DNA from: Octopus vulgaris
Lineage: Eukaryota
Direction: 5' to 3'
Length of the DNA stretch: 64,000 bases
Assembly: GCA_951406725.2 (NCBI GenBank)
Contig: OX597840.1
Location: 12,028,001 to 12,092,000, forward strand
The stretch's first letter is position 1, and each line of letters begins with the position of its first letter. A program made the position numbers and the translations under genes. The notes under the pieces were generated by a model that was not told the DNA's origin, searched no databases, and saw nothing but the letters and a program-made list of their open reading frames with translations. Positions 62,187-64,000 of the stretch are shown here, one piece after another.

Positions 62187-63798
62187 ATATCTTTCCAGCC
62201 TTATCATTTAAGGTCAAGGGGGATAACTCTTTTACCTTTTAACATTTTTACATTTTAGTTATTCTTTTCAAAAATAGAAATATTATTATTTCTAAGTCTT
62301 TCTAAAGGAGACTACGGCAGCAGTACTGGATATTAATAGTTATCGCCAAGCTAACATGGCTGTCCAGAATGCTGCCGTTGATTAGCTCCAAGAGGCCATC
62401 GCCTTTACCTAGCTATGTGACACACGAACCTGTGTCCATTATAAATGAACTAAGCTTTATTGCCAATTCTTCAACTGATAATGCAGGATTTTCTTCAAGT
62501 AGGGTTAGGGTTAGGGGTGGGGGAAGGGTATGTTTTTTTCTTCGCAAATGTAAATAAACCCAATTTGTTTCTTAAACAAGGGACATATTCATACAGCACG
62601 GAATGTTTTCACCCAATATGGAGGTCAGCGATTGGTTAAAATTGCCGAAATGCTCGAAATTAAAGTCGAAATATGTTAGAACATATAGAATTTTCTCAAT
62701 AAAGCCAAGAAAAAATAATGTTTTATAAACACATTCTACCAGTATACGAAGTTTAAAAGTGTTTAGTTAACTAGAAATTATGTTGAAAACTGCCGTTCAA
62801 AAGGAAAAGATCCAAGTAATGCCTCAAGGAGCTTATCATCAAACTCAACTGAACGTCCTGTTCGTTCTTCATCTTCAAGGCTGAAATCTCCACTTCTGAA
62901 TTTTGCAAACCATCTCCTGCAAGTTCCTTCATTCAACGGACACAGGCAGCATTCGTCCTATTCAGAGTTATTGTTTTCGTTTTCTACTTTATGCATTTTC
63001 TACATGCTGCCTCCTCAGTGGTTTCACGTTTCTTCTATTATTCAGTTCTTTTAGTTGGTTATGATAAGTGGTCTGAAAAATAAGTATTTCTCAATATATG
63101 AAACTGTTAGTAGAGCTTAAATACATGTATTGTGGCCTTTAAATAAATATTTCTCACCAGATGGAGTACGTTCTTTGTTCACGGATTTTTGTCAGTGAAC
63201 AGGTCGCGGTCTTAAAGCGACGAAAATATTTTGACAGAAGTGAATCAAACAGCTTTTGTGTGTTTCTTAAATGGCTTATAAACACCTTCCACACTGCAAA
63301 TGTTTTCGTTTCAGCACACGATCTCAGATCAAATCACTTGCTATGCAGGTACATCTCCGTAAGTTCACTATAGATATATATATATTCTTTTACTCGTTTC
63401 AGTCATTTCACTGCAGTCATGCTGGAGCACCACCTTTAGTTGAGCAAATCGACCTCAGGATTTATTCCTTGTAAGCCTAGTATTTATTCTATCGATCTCT
63501 TTTGCCGAACCGCTAAGTTACGGGAACGTAAACACACCAGCATCGGTTGTCAACCGATGCTGCGGGACAAACACACACACATATTTTCGATGGGCTTCTT
63601 TCAGTTTCTGTCTACTAAATCCACTCACAAGGCTTTGATCGGCCCAAGGCTATAGTAGAAGACACTTGCCCAAGGTGCCACGCAGTGGGACTGAACCCAG
63701 AACCATGTGGTTGGTAAGCAAGCTACTTACCACACAGACACTCCTACACACACAAACACACACATAGATAGATAGATAGAGACAGACAAACAGGTAGG

Positions 63799-63872
<74 letters not shown>

Positions 63873-64000
63873 TACAAGTCTGTTTATAGGGCAATATTAC
63901 CTTGCTAAGAAATAGGAGAGGTTTGTGGGTAGGAAGGCAGTGAGCTGTGAAAAACCTACTTGGAAAACGTCTAACTCACAGAAAGTATGGCCTTGCAGGC

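Noticed and set aside
63-63877. The many 60-160 aa ORFs containing YIYIYI, HTHTHT, CVCVCV or RHLPKVPRSGTEPGTMWLV
   Set aside because: They are translations of SINE bodies and microsatellites, recurring wherever those repeats occur.

Overview
This is AT-rich, repeat-dense animal genomic DNA. The tRNA-headed SINE families and intronless CEIC-type C2H2 arrays suggest an octopus or other coleoid cephalopod (inference). Three protein-coding loci are supported. The first is the 3' end of a + strand, multi-exon secreted cysteine-rich gene (TSP1-TSP1-TIL-VWC-CTCK, the C-terminal domain order of SCO-spondin), spanning 982-13732 with a probable non-coding last exon near 15202. The other two are a convergent pair of paralogous C2H2 zinc-finger genes with single coding exons (32722-33555 +, 8 fingers; 47384-49033 -, 18 fingers). 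The remainder consists of many SINE copies, LINE fragments (CR1, RTE, Penelope), DNA-transposon remnants and MITEs (mariner, piggyBac, hAT, Ginger-like, Merlin-like, CACTA-like, Helitron), and a ~3.1 kb satellite with a 78-bp unit. The most notable observations are an 851-bp foldback element with 359-bp arms in the post-stop intron of the spondin gene, hammerhead-ribozyme-like folds in Penelope termini, a nest of inverted-repeat elements upstream of the first ZNF gene, conserved non-coding upstream blocks shared by the two ZNF paralogs, and fossil fingers behind the stop codon of the shorter paralog. I cannot support a wholly new biological system from the sequence alone. All coordinates were read by eye, and repeat boundaries are approximate unless a target-site duplication is quoted.
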